A stretch of 64,000 nt of DNA from Epiperipatus broadwayi (taxonomy: Eukaryota; Animalia; Onychophora), in the NCBI GenBank assembly GCA_028023455.1, contig JAQFVV010000005.1, positions 10,478,001 to 10,542,000 on the forward strand, read 5' to 3'. The translations under genes were made by a program, and so were the position numbers. The notes below the pieces were generated by a model. That model was not told the DNA's origin. It did not search any database and saw only the letters and a list, made by a program, of their open reading frames with translations. This document shows positions 1 to 13,465 of the stretch, one piece after another. Each line of letters starts with the position of its first letter. The first letter of the stretch is position 1.

Positions 1-281
1 ATTACTGATATAGCTTGATTATGAATTCAACTGATAAGTTGATACATTGCTCTTGATTCAAATTTGAATTCTTTGAAATTCTGCATATCAGGAGGCATCA
101 TCTTAATAGATATAACCAAGATGCATGTAGATTTGGAATAAAGTTAAGAAGGTGAAGTAAACAAGTTTCCAAAATATGACTTATGAAATACTTCACTTTT
201 CACCGTTTAATCTTCCCATAAAATGAGTGTTCACATTACACTACTGCATTTCTAAATGGGTCAAGTTTCATTATGCTACTA

Positions 282-468
282 AACATCACATGATCACTAT
301 CTCATACTAGCACAAAATGGTTATTAAACAAGGCAAAACTCTCCATACAGTAGTGCCAACCAGAGTAATCAATGGATACCAGAAGGCTTGTGCATAAAAT
401 CCCTATCTAGTGCCTACTCATCCAATATCCCCAGACTAATGGCACTACTGTATGGAGAGTTTTGCCTT
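282..468 (-). mobile_element. Truncated fold-back copy of the 37 kb retrozyme-like family, with 17-bp target-site duplication
   Basis: Direct repeat gtttcattatgctacta at 265-281 and 469-485; inverted arms at about 326-358 and 440-472; body 359-438 matches 37397-37473 and stops 5 nt past the hammerhead cleavage site. Confidence 0.75.
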
Positions 469-1994
469 GTTTCATTATGCTACTATATCTGTAATGGCAT
501 GAGCACTATTTATTTAATAATCAATTATAACACTATTAATATAAATCAGATCTCTCTCTATATATAATAGATTTTATATATTTTATTTACTTATAATAGA
601 ACACAAAATTCTTTGATTTCACCAGACTTCCAAGACCAATATTCAGGAAAATGCCTCAAATTATATTATAAACATGTATGTATTATAAATTAACATAATT
701 GACCTTTTTATATGCTATTCTTTCATGGTCAATAATAATGAATCTAATTATTACATCTAGAATGTTTACAAAAGCATTCAGGTGCAACTAAACATGTTTA
801 AAATATTATTGGAGTTGTAAAAATTTAATAATTTCAAAATAAGTAATTGCATAGATGTTTGCAGGTATGTTTCATATACACATGTAAGCTAAATTTTATA
901 TAACCAGTAGTTTTAATGGATTTGTTTATATCACATTAAGCACCATCAATATAATACACATCATGAAGAAGAAACTGGAATCAATCGAAATGAATTAAGA
1001 ACAATAATTAATCATGGATAAACAATATATGCAATGATCAAGACTATCAAACATATATTCTACTATTTCAATAACAAATGAGATTAATAAGTAAGGAATA
1101 TAAACATTAAATTTATCTAACTTCACTTTTAACCTTTAAGAATCCATTGAAAAATGTTTCACATGATACCCATTGAAATGAGTTCATTGTAGAAAACTCT
1201 AGACTGCTTTTGTAAAGAGACAATTAATGGGCTTGATGAATACAGCTACTTGTTTAACATCAAAATGAAACTATACTGTTAAAAAGATTGAATCTCCAAA
1301 TTTGGCAAAATCTAAGTTGGCTTTTAATTAATGGTTCAAAAAGCAATATAGTTTACCATTTCCAGAACTTATCCTAACATAATCAAGAACAAATTATATT
1401 ACAATTATAAAAAAGGAAAGTCATTGCTCAATCAAGAATTCTGAAAGAATGAAAACATTATAAAAAGTGTTTTGGCTAATATAATAACTCCATTTCAATA
1501 AGCAATATACCAATGCAGTAATATTTCAGCTGAAATGACAGTGATTTTGCCAGGTAGAATTGAAGAACTTAATGTTTATTGTTTGATAAAAGAATATCTT
1601 TTTCTAATATATGTTTTTATTTATTTATATGAATTAATAATCTTTTTAAATTAAAAACTAATACAGTTTGAAAAAAATATTTTTAAAAAATACTTTCAAG
1701 CCATAAAACATACTTCTTTAATAATTTAGCATTTACAATACTTTCTACAATAGTAAGATAAAGCACGGCTATGGTGGCAAAAATATAGTTATTATAAAGT
1801 CTCTAGTGAGAAGCAAGAACCATTTAAATTGATTTGCCATATAAATTTCTATATTGAAAAAATTTAGAAACTACTATTGTCTACAGCTCATGGTATTGAT
1901 ATCCCACCAATGTTTGAAAGTCTATGTTTTGTATACAGAAATGGTATAATAGTCTTTTTGATACATAATCCTTAATTTATATATCTAATTATTA

Positions 1995-2378
1995 AAATAT
2001 CAATCATATGTCACATGACCTATATAGCTTGTATTACCAATATGTAATATATAAAGAGCCTGTTAATAGCTCTAAACAAGCTTATTTAGTTCAGGCTCAT
2101 ATAGTTTCTTTGGTTAAAGAGCTGAGTTTGAAGACATGTAGGTGTCTGAAGATTTGGATCTTTTTTTTAATATTTAAGAATTAGATAAATGCTTGGCTTG
2201 ATTTAATATTTTGAATCTAATGTTCTAGCTCCTCACTGATGAGAGCCATAAGCTTGAAACTGGTCTGGGGATTATCATAGATAAAGGCTTCAGGTATTTT
2301 CTCTTGTAGCATTTATCATAAAAAATTTTTTAAAAAATAAGCTTGTTTAGAGCTATTAGCAGGCTCTTTATATATTAC
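1995..2378 (+). mobile_element. Non-coding hammerhead-bearing fold-back element (PLE-derived or retrozyme-like)
   Basis: 48-bp inverted arms at 2040-2087 and 2335-2382; 14-bp direct repeat atatctaattatta at 1981-1994 and 2379-2392; hammerhead at 2230-2271; homologous to the reverse complement of 44650-44727. Confidence 0.7.
2230..2271 (+). ncRNA. Minimal type-I hammerhead ribozyme (C3-G8 core)
   Basis: UCCUCA-CUGAUGA-GAGC(CAUAA)GCUU-GAAA-CUGG-UC/UGGGGA: stem I 6 bp, stem II 4 bp, near-palindromic short stem III, GUC cleavage triplet. Confidence 0.8.
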
Positions 2379-5300
2379 ATATCTAATTATTATTTTGTCT
2401 CCTTTTACAAACTTTTGAAAGATTTTTCATATGTCAAAATAGTTGCTATTATACATGTTAATGTTCAACTAGTATGAGAACTATTGACAACAATCTTTGT
2501 ATAGTGTAGTCGGTCATTACTATTCAAGCTTATCAATTGTTAGGTGACAAAGGCTTGATATCAATTTATTAATCAATATTGGATAGTTATGCAGGTTGCC
2601 TATTTGAAAAAAAATTAAGAATCCTAAGTCTAATTAAAACCTGACAAAATTTTTAAATTTTACCAGTTTGGATCCAAATGTTGGTCATGGGCTTAACAAA
2701 TTGGTTTGCTATTATATTACTCACCATGTAAATAATAGAAATTGTAATTTGTATGAGAATATGTATTAGTGAATTGGTCATTCAAGAAAGTGCTTTCAAT
2801 AAAATCCAATTTATATATAGTTTTCAAATAGTTCAATATGTGTAATGTGCATTCTAGGACATTGTATTTATTTCTAAAACTTAGTTATTAATTTTTATAA
2901 CTTTAGAAAAACAAGCTTTGCAGATTTTATTACCATTCAGTGCATTGTCATAAACATAATAATGGCCATTATTCATTTTTGCAAAACATCATTAATCATT
3001 GACATATGTCTGAAAGTTTAATATTGCTATCACTATAGACATTTGTAATTAGTTATTATATTCAAAAATTTTCTAAGTATATGTTGACAGATGCATGATT
3101 TTACCAACAATGCTGACATGTGTATGGACTGTTGAATTGTAATACACATTTATGCACACAAAAAAAAAAAATCACAAGGCATAAAAATAAGCTATATTTT
3201 ATTAAACTTTTGAGTTTTTACAAAATAAACAAAGGATGACATTTTTACATGATTTGTAATAATGTATCTCCACACATTATATCCAATTTAGTACTTCAAT
3301 TTAAATTCATTAAATAAAAAAATCAGAAATATCCACTTTTTTATAGTAAAGTAGACTGAATAACAACAATCGTAATTACTAATTATAATATATATGTATA
3401 ATTCAATAAGCATGAACAGATTTTTATTAAAAACAAAAAGTTTATTTACAATAAAACTTATAAAAAGAAGTAGTGATGAGCCAATAGAGAACCTGTGAAC
3501 AAGAGAATAATTTTGAGTCAGATATTGTAAGTAATAGCATGTTACATAGTAAACATCTAACACACCCAAATATGAATAGAAATACACATGTTTATGATCA
3601 GTTAATATAAAAATAAACATAATATGGTTAGATTAATGAATACATATTAAATATATTATTTAAGAAACCATATGCTTTCAGGAATATGAGAAAAAAATCC
3701 AAACAATAGAATGTGATTCTTAAAATTGTTAATTCAGAAGATGTCATATAAAAGAAGGCATCTTAATAACCAGGCATTAATTAACACAATTAGCAAATGA
3801 AACTCATATTGCTATGTAGCAATATAACATTATACAAAATGACGATTCTATCAAAGGACCGCTTTTCATGAAAGTCAATTCGAATCAATAACTAAATTAG
3901 ATTCCAACACACTTTATTAATCTATTGCTATTATAATAATTCAAATCTACTTTAATATTTAATGACACTGCATTTTATTTAAATAGATTAGTCTCTAACT
4001 AATTATAACTGCATTTTACGAAACGTTTTTAAAACCTATACACTATTTTAAATGTTGAAACAAAATAATCTTTTATTCAAATTTATGTCTAGTTTAATAA
4101 AACGCTAAATATAATGTATAAACATTTCATTCTATGATATATAATTATTGCTTCGTTCATATTTTAAAATGGAATACTCCACGAGAATTTATTATCAACA
4201 AATCTATTAGATAATTTCTAACTCTACAATGTCCAATCACATTATATAAAATATATCATAAGTTTCCATTGGATGTTTATTAACTTATAATTATTATTAA
4301 TATTATTTATTTGAATCTTCAATCAATTGAATATGAAATTGATTTTGGTAACAATTAAGCTATATAACAATAATTAACAGTTATTCAAATCAAAGATAAT
4401 ATTCAATTAAGCTAGTCAATGAATCTTCACTTTAGAGAAATTTAAAAAGTATTTAAGATAAATCATTCTAAACCAATGACAAAATACGATCTATTTAGTT
4501 TTTATGATGGGACTAGATAAGCAAAGAAATAATCAACTCTTAAGGTAATGATATTGTCTTACTTGTAATATTAACTAAAATATATATAAGAAAATATTCC
4601 AATTGAGAAATAAATATAAAGTTTATATGTAAATAAGATTAAAAAAAATTATAATATACAAAACATATATTTTATATTCTAGTTCACTTACCAAGTTGAG
4701 TTTCAATCTTGGACCGAATTTTAAATAACAAAATCATCTTACACAATCCAAAGAAAGAATTAAACAGATTCATAGCATTTAAATTAACTCAATTTATTGG
4801 ATTACAAAAAAAATTGGTAACATTAATAACAAAATATAACAGAAGATTAATCGATATTTGTAATTAATTGAAATTAATAAGTGATAAGATTTATGTGTGT
4901 AACTCTAAAATGTGATGTGAAACAATAATGATACGTAAAAAATGAATGGAAGGAGTTATTTTGAATATCTTAATGAAAATTTCTAAACAACAGATACCAA
5001 AAGTATATATGTAACCAAATAAAAGTGAACTCTATTTGTTTATTAACATAATAATCGATAAACAAATATAAAATAAAATGATATATTTAAACCTCTTTTC
5101 TGTCCAATATTTCAAACTAAATTTTACACATATAAAAATCAAATTGGATATTTAAAAACATCGGTTGCATTAATATATATATATTCAGACGAGTTTAAAT
5201 AATCAGTAAAGGAATCTCTCCAAGCCTTTCATTGCATTAATTCTATCATACCTAAATATATGGTATTTATGATTTAAAATAAAATATAAATTATTCTTTT

Positions 5301-7755
5301 AAAAATATATAAAAATATGCATAAAAAATCATACCCTAAGTAAGTCTGTTTATTTATCCATCATAGCTTCCTTATTCTCAATCCTAAAATGTAGAGATGC
5401 ATTTATTTCCTTGAGTAGAGAAAAAATAAGTTGAACTTTCAGTGTTTCCTTTCATTAACGATAATGTTCAGATAGAATTTTTCTAAAACATAATGCCGTG
5501 AAATCAAATGAAGAATTTAATATTAGTCTTTTCCTTTTTTTTCTTTTTGAATTAGGAGAGTGGAATTTAAATTGCTTATTAATAATATGAATTAATCCAA
5601 TTGATTTTCTTGGCTTGAAATATAGAATCCATCAAATATAATAGTAGTTACATTTAGATTTTTAACACCTGAAATCTTTTTTATTTAAAATGGCCGATTT
5701 GCCATACAGCACATTCTTTTTAATAGGTTTTCCTTCATTCACATTTTTGCTGCCATTTTCTCTGAAACTTATTCAGCAAGCTGCCCCTCAAATGAAAAGG
5801 CAGACAGTTAACTTTCTATTCTTTCATATTTTATAGGTTAATGATTTAAAAATAAAGTTTTAAAGAATTTTTTTAAAGAACTGAGAAACATGTCTGTCCT
5901 CAGCAATGACGAAATGATGAGGTCCTATTACAGTCTTTTCTGGATATTTATACTATACTCTTTCTGACATTATGGATGTCATAACAACTGTTGAAATTCA
6001 CTCTAATACCACTCAATGACAAACGATATGTTCCAGTAAATTTCCCACTTTGTTTTGCAAGTGCAATATAAGTTTAGAAAGAAATGAATACATTGAAATG
6101 AAATCTAAGTTCGATATGATTTTTCTTTATTATTTTTAAACCAAAATAAAGAATACATTTTATAAATATAAATAATTTACATATGTTTTTTTTTAAAATT
6201 AATTTACAAACAAAAATATGTGGCACTTAAAAACATTCAATTCCGTGTAATAATGTTACTATGGTAACTGCAATAACAGAAAATATGTGAGAATACTGAT
6301 TCTATTCAAGTAAACTTTTATGTCACATTGATCTATTTCCAAAATTTATTTATTTGTTTGCCTGTATATATATATATATTGTAACCGGTTGGGTTACATG
6401 GTACACCCATAATGATATAGTGTGTGTTCATATATATATAAAGTAAAGGAAAAGTAGAAATAAACATAGACATAAATTTTTGTAGATTTTTTTTTATATT
6501 TCCTAAAATAAAATAATAATAATAAGTAAAGGGTTAAATAACTCTGGGCTTAAAATAAAATTTCATTATGAAATTAATATTTTAAGAAGGTCTGAATAAA
6601 TATAAATATTGCATTATTATTAATTATTACTCTGCTTTTGAAATTTAAAAACACTCTATTGTATTTTTGAAATTTTAATTAATTAAACAAAATTTTTATC
6701 TATTAGAAATCCCCTAAGTAAAAACATGTATATGTTTTCAAAGGGATTAGTGAGATAAAATAAACTGCTGTTATTACCATAGATGATTCTATAACAAATT
6801 AGCTCCAGTCTGGATAGTGATTTTTGAAAAGAACAGTCTGGTTAATAGTTTTTTGTAAGAAGGGTCAGCTGAAAAGTTGTTTATAATATTTTGTTGCAGC
6901 TTGTTGAAGTTTGCAGCAGTTGGTTTTAGCTGATTGTAGAGTTGGAAGTCTATCTACCATGAATTGATATAGATGAAGACAGGACAGTAGATCCAAAGCT
7001 GCTAATATTTTCCTTCACAGATGTTTTGATTTATTTGAAGCTGGGTCACTTCTAAATCAATAGCCTGAAAAAAATAAGGACAAAATATCTAGCAGAGTTA
7101 TACAAAGCTCCTATGAAGATCTAAGGACAGTCCAGTAGCTGCCTTATAGTTTACTGCAGAGTTTTTATTCATGAAGCCAGGGTCACTTCAAATGGATCAA
7201 CTAGCTGCTTAAATATGTTCTAGAAGACAGCTTGACAATTGCTTGGACTACAAAAGTAAGCTCATGGTATGCCAACTAATTACTTGAATACTTTTTCCTG
7301 ATAATGACAACAAGCCCAGAATTATATTTTTTCTGATGGACTAGAAACCAAGCTTAACAAGAGAAAGCATGAAGAAATTGATGTACTTATGCTGCTGTTT
7401 ATCTATACACACAGGGAACCACAGATAAACACGTCTCATGTATATATAGTGAGTTATTTTATTTTAATATTTCTTAAAATGACTTTTAAAATTATAAATA
7501 ACTTAAAGTTAACACAAATGATTTAACTTTTGCTTGAGTTGAAATCTAACAGCAGGTATATATAATAATGAAATTTTAAATAATTTCTTTGGTCTGAAGT
7601 GACATATAAAATGATTTTATTTTTCGTTTATTAAGAAAAAAAAGAGAGACATTTTATATTTAGAGACCTTGATAATTAATCAACAAGGACCTGTCAAACA
7701 AAAGTTTGACTTTATTTAATTGTTTAAAAAAAAGACACTAAAAGAATATATACTA

Positions 7756-10478
7756 TGTAACAGTCAGAATCATCTATCTCGCTAACACACTGCAGAATTC
7801 AAACCCCAGACACAAAACTGAACATTCTAGGAGGGGTTGTCTTTTAGATATACTAAGTTTGAATCTAAAGCCCAAATTTCACAGCACCATCTACGTGACA
7901 ACGCATCTGATGCCACTACTAGTATGACCTTTGACCGGTGCCTGGTGGTCAGGGAGAAACAAAAGACTCTATACTAAAAGAAGCTTGGGTGGCTAATTCA
8001 CATCTATGGATTTACAAAAGAAATGCAGAAAATATATATATATATAGACCAAGACTGTGATAGGAATCAATAAAATAAGATATCAAATTTAGTTTTAAAT
8101 AATTTCACAAAATTTATTTATATAAATTATATATATAACACCACTGTCTGCTTATATGAGACAGGGACGCATATTAAATAATTGTTGGCATTATATTTCA
8201 ATAAATAACAAAATGGTTTTAAAGCAAAGTGATATATTTTATTCCTCGGGCTAATAGCATTATGATAATGTGCTTGATGAGATAGGAACATGTGCGAGGT
8301 GCTTTGAGTAATTACACAAGTTTAAGATAATATTTGAAATTAAGTGTTCTAAAATATTTATTGATTTCGAGAATAGCACGGACAAAAGCTTACTAAACAA
8401 CAAAATGGGAATGTGATCAAAGCATTTATTTGAGAATAATAATAATAGAGTTGCATTGGGAGGTCAATATTGCTGATAATGAATTTATTAAAGTTGGAGG
8501 GTGTGACACATTTAAGTCATGGATGCTTTGTAAAATAAATATAAAATAAAACAATATTGAAGATCCGGAATAATTATGCAGGGCATCTCGCCACTAACCC
8601 ATAGGAAAGTATTTTATGAACAGCCGAAACTTAGTGACTGTGTGACGATTGTGTTTAATTCCCAGGTGTGTCATTTGGGACACACTCTGCCTGGAAACTT
8701 GCAATAAACGAAAAGAACGGACTTTGCCATGTAAAGAATCCTTGGAAAAATAAAACAAAGCGGTTTCAACAACCAATTCATTTACCAGCAATATGAGACT
8801 AGTGTATATAAAAACATACTGAATGGGTTTTACTCAGATTAAGAGAAATGCTCAATCAAATTTCCAGAAATTCATTTAAAAAGGGTCCACACATTCTCGA
8901 CGTCAATGATGAACTTTGTAATTAAAGTAGAACATGGTAATTAAAATAGGAAAATGCATGCTTGCGGGTTTGAAAAGTAAGTATAGATTTATATACGCAA
9001 TCATGCCTTAAGGGACACATTTAATCATTGACCTCGCACATACTCTCATATTAGATTAAAATCAATAACATGTAGATTTTAAACTATGTGATTATATTAC
9101 ATATTAAAGAATAGAATCGCCCTCGAACGAGTGATTTGCAAGATAATAAAAATTGGAAATTATTTAGAAATTTAAAATATGCCTTTATAACGGCATCTTA
9201 GTTTCAACAAAAAGAATAATTCACTCGGTCAAAGATGATTCTGACACATTATCATAATAAAATAACAGAAAGTTTAATAAATAGAAAATATTAACCCAAG
9301 GATAGAGAGCAAAATGTTGAGTATATTTAAACACGTTAAAGAAATACATAATGAAGTTATGTGAAATATCAGAAAAACAATTTTAAAATAGCTATAGCAT
9401 GTTAGTTATCACAAGAGCTCTTGGGTTAATTTAGGTTACCTCTGGAGATGCCTTTGCAGTAGATGTTCAGCAGGTTTTATAATTCTGCAGCAAAATCTGG
9501 AATGTTCATATTTTTGCAGCAGTAGCAATTCCGGGGTTCTTTGTGTGATATCTTCCGATGGTCTGCAGCAGCATATGACCATTTTGGAGAGAAATAACCT
9601 TCTCGCGCTCTACTCTGTCATGTCAAGATTTACAAATTACTATAATAATTTTGGTTAGACACATTAGACCTCAGAGTGATTTCTCTTAGAAACATTAGAA
9701 GAATGGAGAAGAAAAGAAAAACCTCCTTTTTATAGTAGAATTTAACAATGGAACTGCCCTGGAGCATTGTAAAAATATATCAGACTTATCAGCTGTAATC
9801 ATCTGAATGTCTAAAGGAATTCAACATTAATTAATTTCTTTTGTTACTCTCCCTGTCGACATTCGAATTACAAACTAGATTTAATTAAAAATTACTTTTA
9901 TTAATTAAAGAAAACCTTAAGTGGACATCTGCTGTTTTTAGATAAATTTATATAACATTAATTAACTAATTACAACATGAAATAATTAAACTATTGTCCC
10001 TCATTTATTTTAACAGAAATATTTGGAATGACTTTTATTAAATTAAACTAAAATTATTTTACTTTTAACTTGCAATATTTGAATTTATTTACTAAATGAA
10101 TTTTATTTTAAATCAAAATATATTACGACGGTAATATATTTGTAAATAGATTCAAACAAAATAACTTTAACAATTTATAATTTTGATATGTTTTAAAATG
10201 CATATCATAGTGTGTGCACAATTACGACTTATATAACCTACTTTTTAATAAATCAAAATTATATGAACATATACATAATCTATAATCTTTTATTTATTTG
10301 GGAATGAGCTATATATATATAATACGAGCATTGTACTCGTGGTTTAAAATTGGGATTTCAGTATATAAGCATATTGCAGACACACTATGATAGATTGGGG
10401 TTCAAACTAAGGTATGAGGGTAGGAAATAGATGAGAAAAGGTGAAACGAAGATCTGAAAAGCAGACCTTACTGTTTCA
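7756..10478 (+). mobile_element. 2.7-kb TG...CA-bounded non-coding element (long solo LTR or short-TIR element), copy A
   Basis: Starts TGTAACAGTCAG, ends TTACTGTTTCA; flanks atacta and atactt (5/6); matches 59096-61655 at both ends and at several internal anchor motifs. Confidence 0.55.
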
Positions 10479-11757
10479 ATACTTTCAATATTGAATTAAT
10501 TAGAAAAAAGATAACATTATTGTAACAAGTTGAAATAGAAGCCAGTGTGTGTATACATGCACACTCATATATGTAAAATTTTAATATTTTTTTTTGATTA
10601 AATGTCCAATTCATTTTTTTTATATTAATTGTATGTTATAAATCACGTGTCTGTGCGCATATATATGTAAACCATAGTAATAATATGAATTGTAATTTTG
10701 TAAATTAATGTAACAATTTAAATTTTGAATAGTAATTATGCAAATCACAAATGTAATAATTATTTTGTTTAATTGAAATGTCTTCATCATATATTATAAA
10801 ATGCACATCTGTGTACAGATATATGTATGCGTTTATAGATATCCATTAAGAAATTATGTAAATTGCAATGTAATCACTTGAAATTTTGTATTGTAATCAA
10901 AATCAGAAATGGACCTTAATTTCAATTATTTTTAAGTTATTAATAAACTTATATTTAATTGTCAAAAATTGTATTCCATCATCTCTTGTTCACATACAGT
11001 AATAGAGCCTATGTACTCTGAGCTAGATTGGTGCACGGATAAATGGGGATGTATATTTAGTGCTTTTTGGGGCATCCAGAGATTATCAATCATCATCCTG
11101 GTTGGTGCAAAAGAGGATACTCTTTAAAGCCCATGCATTATTATCTTTTATTTTAGTTTAGCCTTATTAGGAGTTAAGTTTATAATGGGCCAATACAAGT
11201 GGCCTGAGCATTGATGATGATCATCATGTTTTAAGTGTCCCAGCATTATTGGTTTGATTTTTGATTATTATGTATTTTAATGGATGGGCATCCAAATTAT
11301 GTTTAAGTAATTTCCCAAACTGGCAAAGGCTCAATAGTTAGCCTGGTCTAAAGAAGACCCATTTCAAATCCAGTCACAAGATTGACTGTTGATATATTGT
11401 ACTGATTTGTTTATTCCCATTAATGATGATGAACGGTATTTGAATTATATTTACTTGTACTTATTTTTTAAATTATAATGCTGTTGGATTTTTAGTAGCT
11501 GGCTGATCTCTCAATGATCACATCATGCTCCTCTTAAATATAGCTTACTTATATACACTTTGTAAATTATTTGAAATATTGTTGACCTGGGAGTGATGAT
11601 GATTTTGCCATCACCCAGTTCAAACTATTTTCCTTCTCCTTCTATCCATCCCATCCCGTTACAATATATATAAAAGACATTTTGCGGGTTCATCTATGTA
11701 ATGCCATTGTTGTTATGGATCATGACATTTACCATAATAAAATTTTAAATCTGCTTA

Positions 11758-12620
11758 ATGATAAAACTTATAAACTATCAAAAAGGGATCATACTACGTA
11801 TTTGGGGAAAAAAAACAAAAGCCATTATTAATAAATTGCCTATTGAAACAGAAATAAAAAATAAAATAATCCCTCATGAAAAATCGTGTGTCTATCCAAA
11901 ATTTTATGGACTTCCAAAAATTCACAAACCAGATACCCCTCATGAAAAATCATGTGTCTGTCCAAAATTTTATGGACTTCCAAAAATTCACAAACCAGAT
12001 ACGCCACTTTGTCCAATAGTAAGCGCAATAGGATCTCCAACTCATATTTTAGCTAGATATTTATTGGATTTCATTAAACCTATAATCCCATCTATTAAAT
12101 CACATATAAAACTCTTTTATTTTATTTCTGTTTTAAAATTTTTTTAAATTAATGCTAATGTTATTCTGGTCAGTTTTGATGTCATGTCTTTGTTTACACA
12201 CATTCCAATTGATGAAGCTTTAAATATTAATTTCACAACATTGAAATTTACCAGACCATATTATTACTTTAATTAAGCAATGTCTCTTGAACACAAAATT
12301 TGTATACAATGGACAGCATTACAGACAAGTTTTTGGTATTCCTATGGGCTCACCTATCTCAGGAATAATAACTGATTTATTTATAGAAAATATAGAAACA
12401 CGTGCTTTAGAATCATCATCTTTAAAACCTCTCATTTGACTCAGATACATAGATGACACTTTTGTCATATAGCAACATGGAAAAAATAAATTATATGATT
12501 TTTTCTTACATTTAAATAATATGCATCCTCATATTAAATTTACAATGGAGACAGAGTCTGATGGAAAACTCCCTTTTCTTGATGTTCTAGTCACCAGAAC
12601 ACCAAATAGTTTATCTTTTT
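11758..12620 (+). pseudogene. PLE reverse transcriptase, frameshifted, with 66-bp tandem duplication
   Basis: ORF 11758-12147 continues in other frames to YIDD near 12445; duplicated unit at 11871-11936 and 11937-12002. Confidence 0.9.
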
Positions 12621-13011
12621 AGATTTACAAAAAGAACACCCACCCAGACAGATATTTACATTTACATTCTCATCATCACCCAACTCAGATAGTTTCTGTA
12701 GCCAAAACTCTTTTCAATAGAGCAATTAACCTTTCACATAAGTCACATCTGAAAGAATTAATAAATCATATTAATAGTGTTTTGTTAGCAAATAATTATA
12801 ATTATAAATTTATAAAAAAAAAGCCTTACTTCAAGCCCAAAATGGACAAAATAGGAAACAAAAAGATGATAAATCAGCTATTAGGATTTGTGTTCCATAT
12901 GTAAAAGGAACTACAGACAGTATTGTATGTATATTAAAATGCTGTAATATAGATAAAGCATTTTCTACTCATCAAAAGATCAGCAATATAATAACCGAGC
13001 CTAAGGATTCA

Positions 13012-13293
13012 ATGCCTCTTGAATCTCATGGTGTTTATCAAATTTCATGTGAAAATTGTAAAGCTTCTTACATAGGTATGAGTAATTGTTGCATCAGTGT
13101 TAGGAGAGATGAGCATGCTAATGCAGTTAAACAACACTCATCATCATCAACACTCTCACTCCATACTATAGATTCAGATCATAAAATTGATTTTTCTAGT
13201 ACCAGAATCATATCCAGATGTGATAATCTCTACCAGTGCAAAATTAAAGAAGCCATTGAGATACTTAAAAGGCCAGATTGTATCAATAAGTGA
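13012..13293 (+). pseudogene. PLE GIY-YIG endonuclease fragment
   Basis: GVYQISCENCKASYIGMS...H...HKIDF...KEAIEI, typical of PLE GIY-YIG domains. Confidence 0.88.
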
Positions 13294-13430
13294 GATAATA
13301 CATGCAAACTTCCTACTATTTTGAAAGATTCTTAATTTAACATTTTTGCTATTGGTGAAACTTTAACGTTTTTTTTTTTCAAATCAGTGATTGTAGCACC
13401 TCTACAACAATCTTTCTACCTGTTATCACC

Positions 13431-13465
13431 CAGTGGATGACTTGTGTGATCAAGTCAAAACGTCA
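13431..13465 (+). ncRNA. Decayed hammerhead motif in the PLE 3' end
   Basis: Perfect stem GACUUG/CAAGUC followed by AAAACGUC (CGAAA to CAAAA), at the position where PLEs carry hammerheads; 5' core CAGUGGA deviates at two positions. Confidence 0.35.

Noticed and set aside
3288-3620. 110-aa minus-strand ORF
   Set aside because: F/I/Y/L-rich translation typical of AT-rich non-coding DNA; no motif. The same applies to ORFs at 29200, 31146, 39332, 40174, 48535, 48799 and 52162.
8594-8791. ORF with LGIKH, resembling an integrase motif
   Set aside because: No DDE context, and the homologous copy at 59-61 kb did not give a matching peptide.
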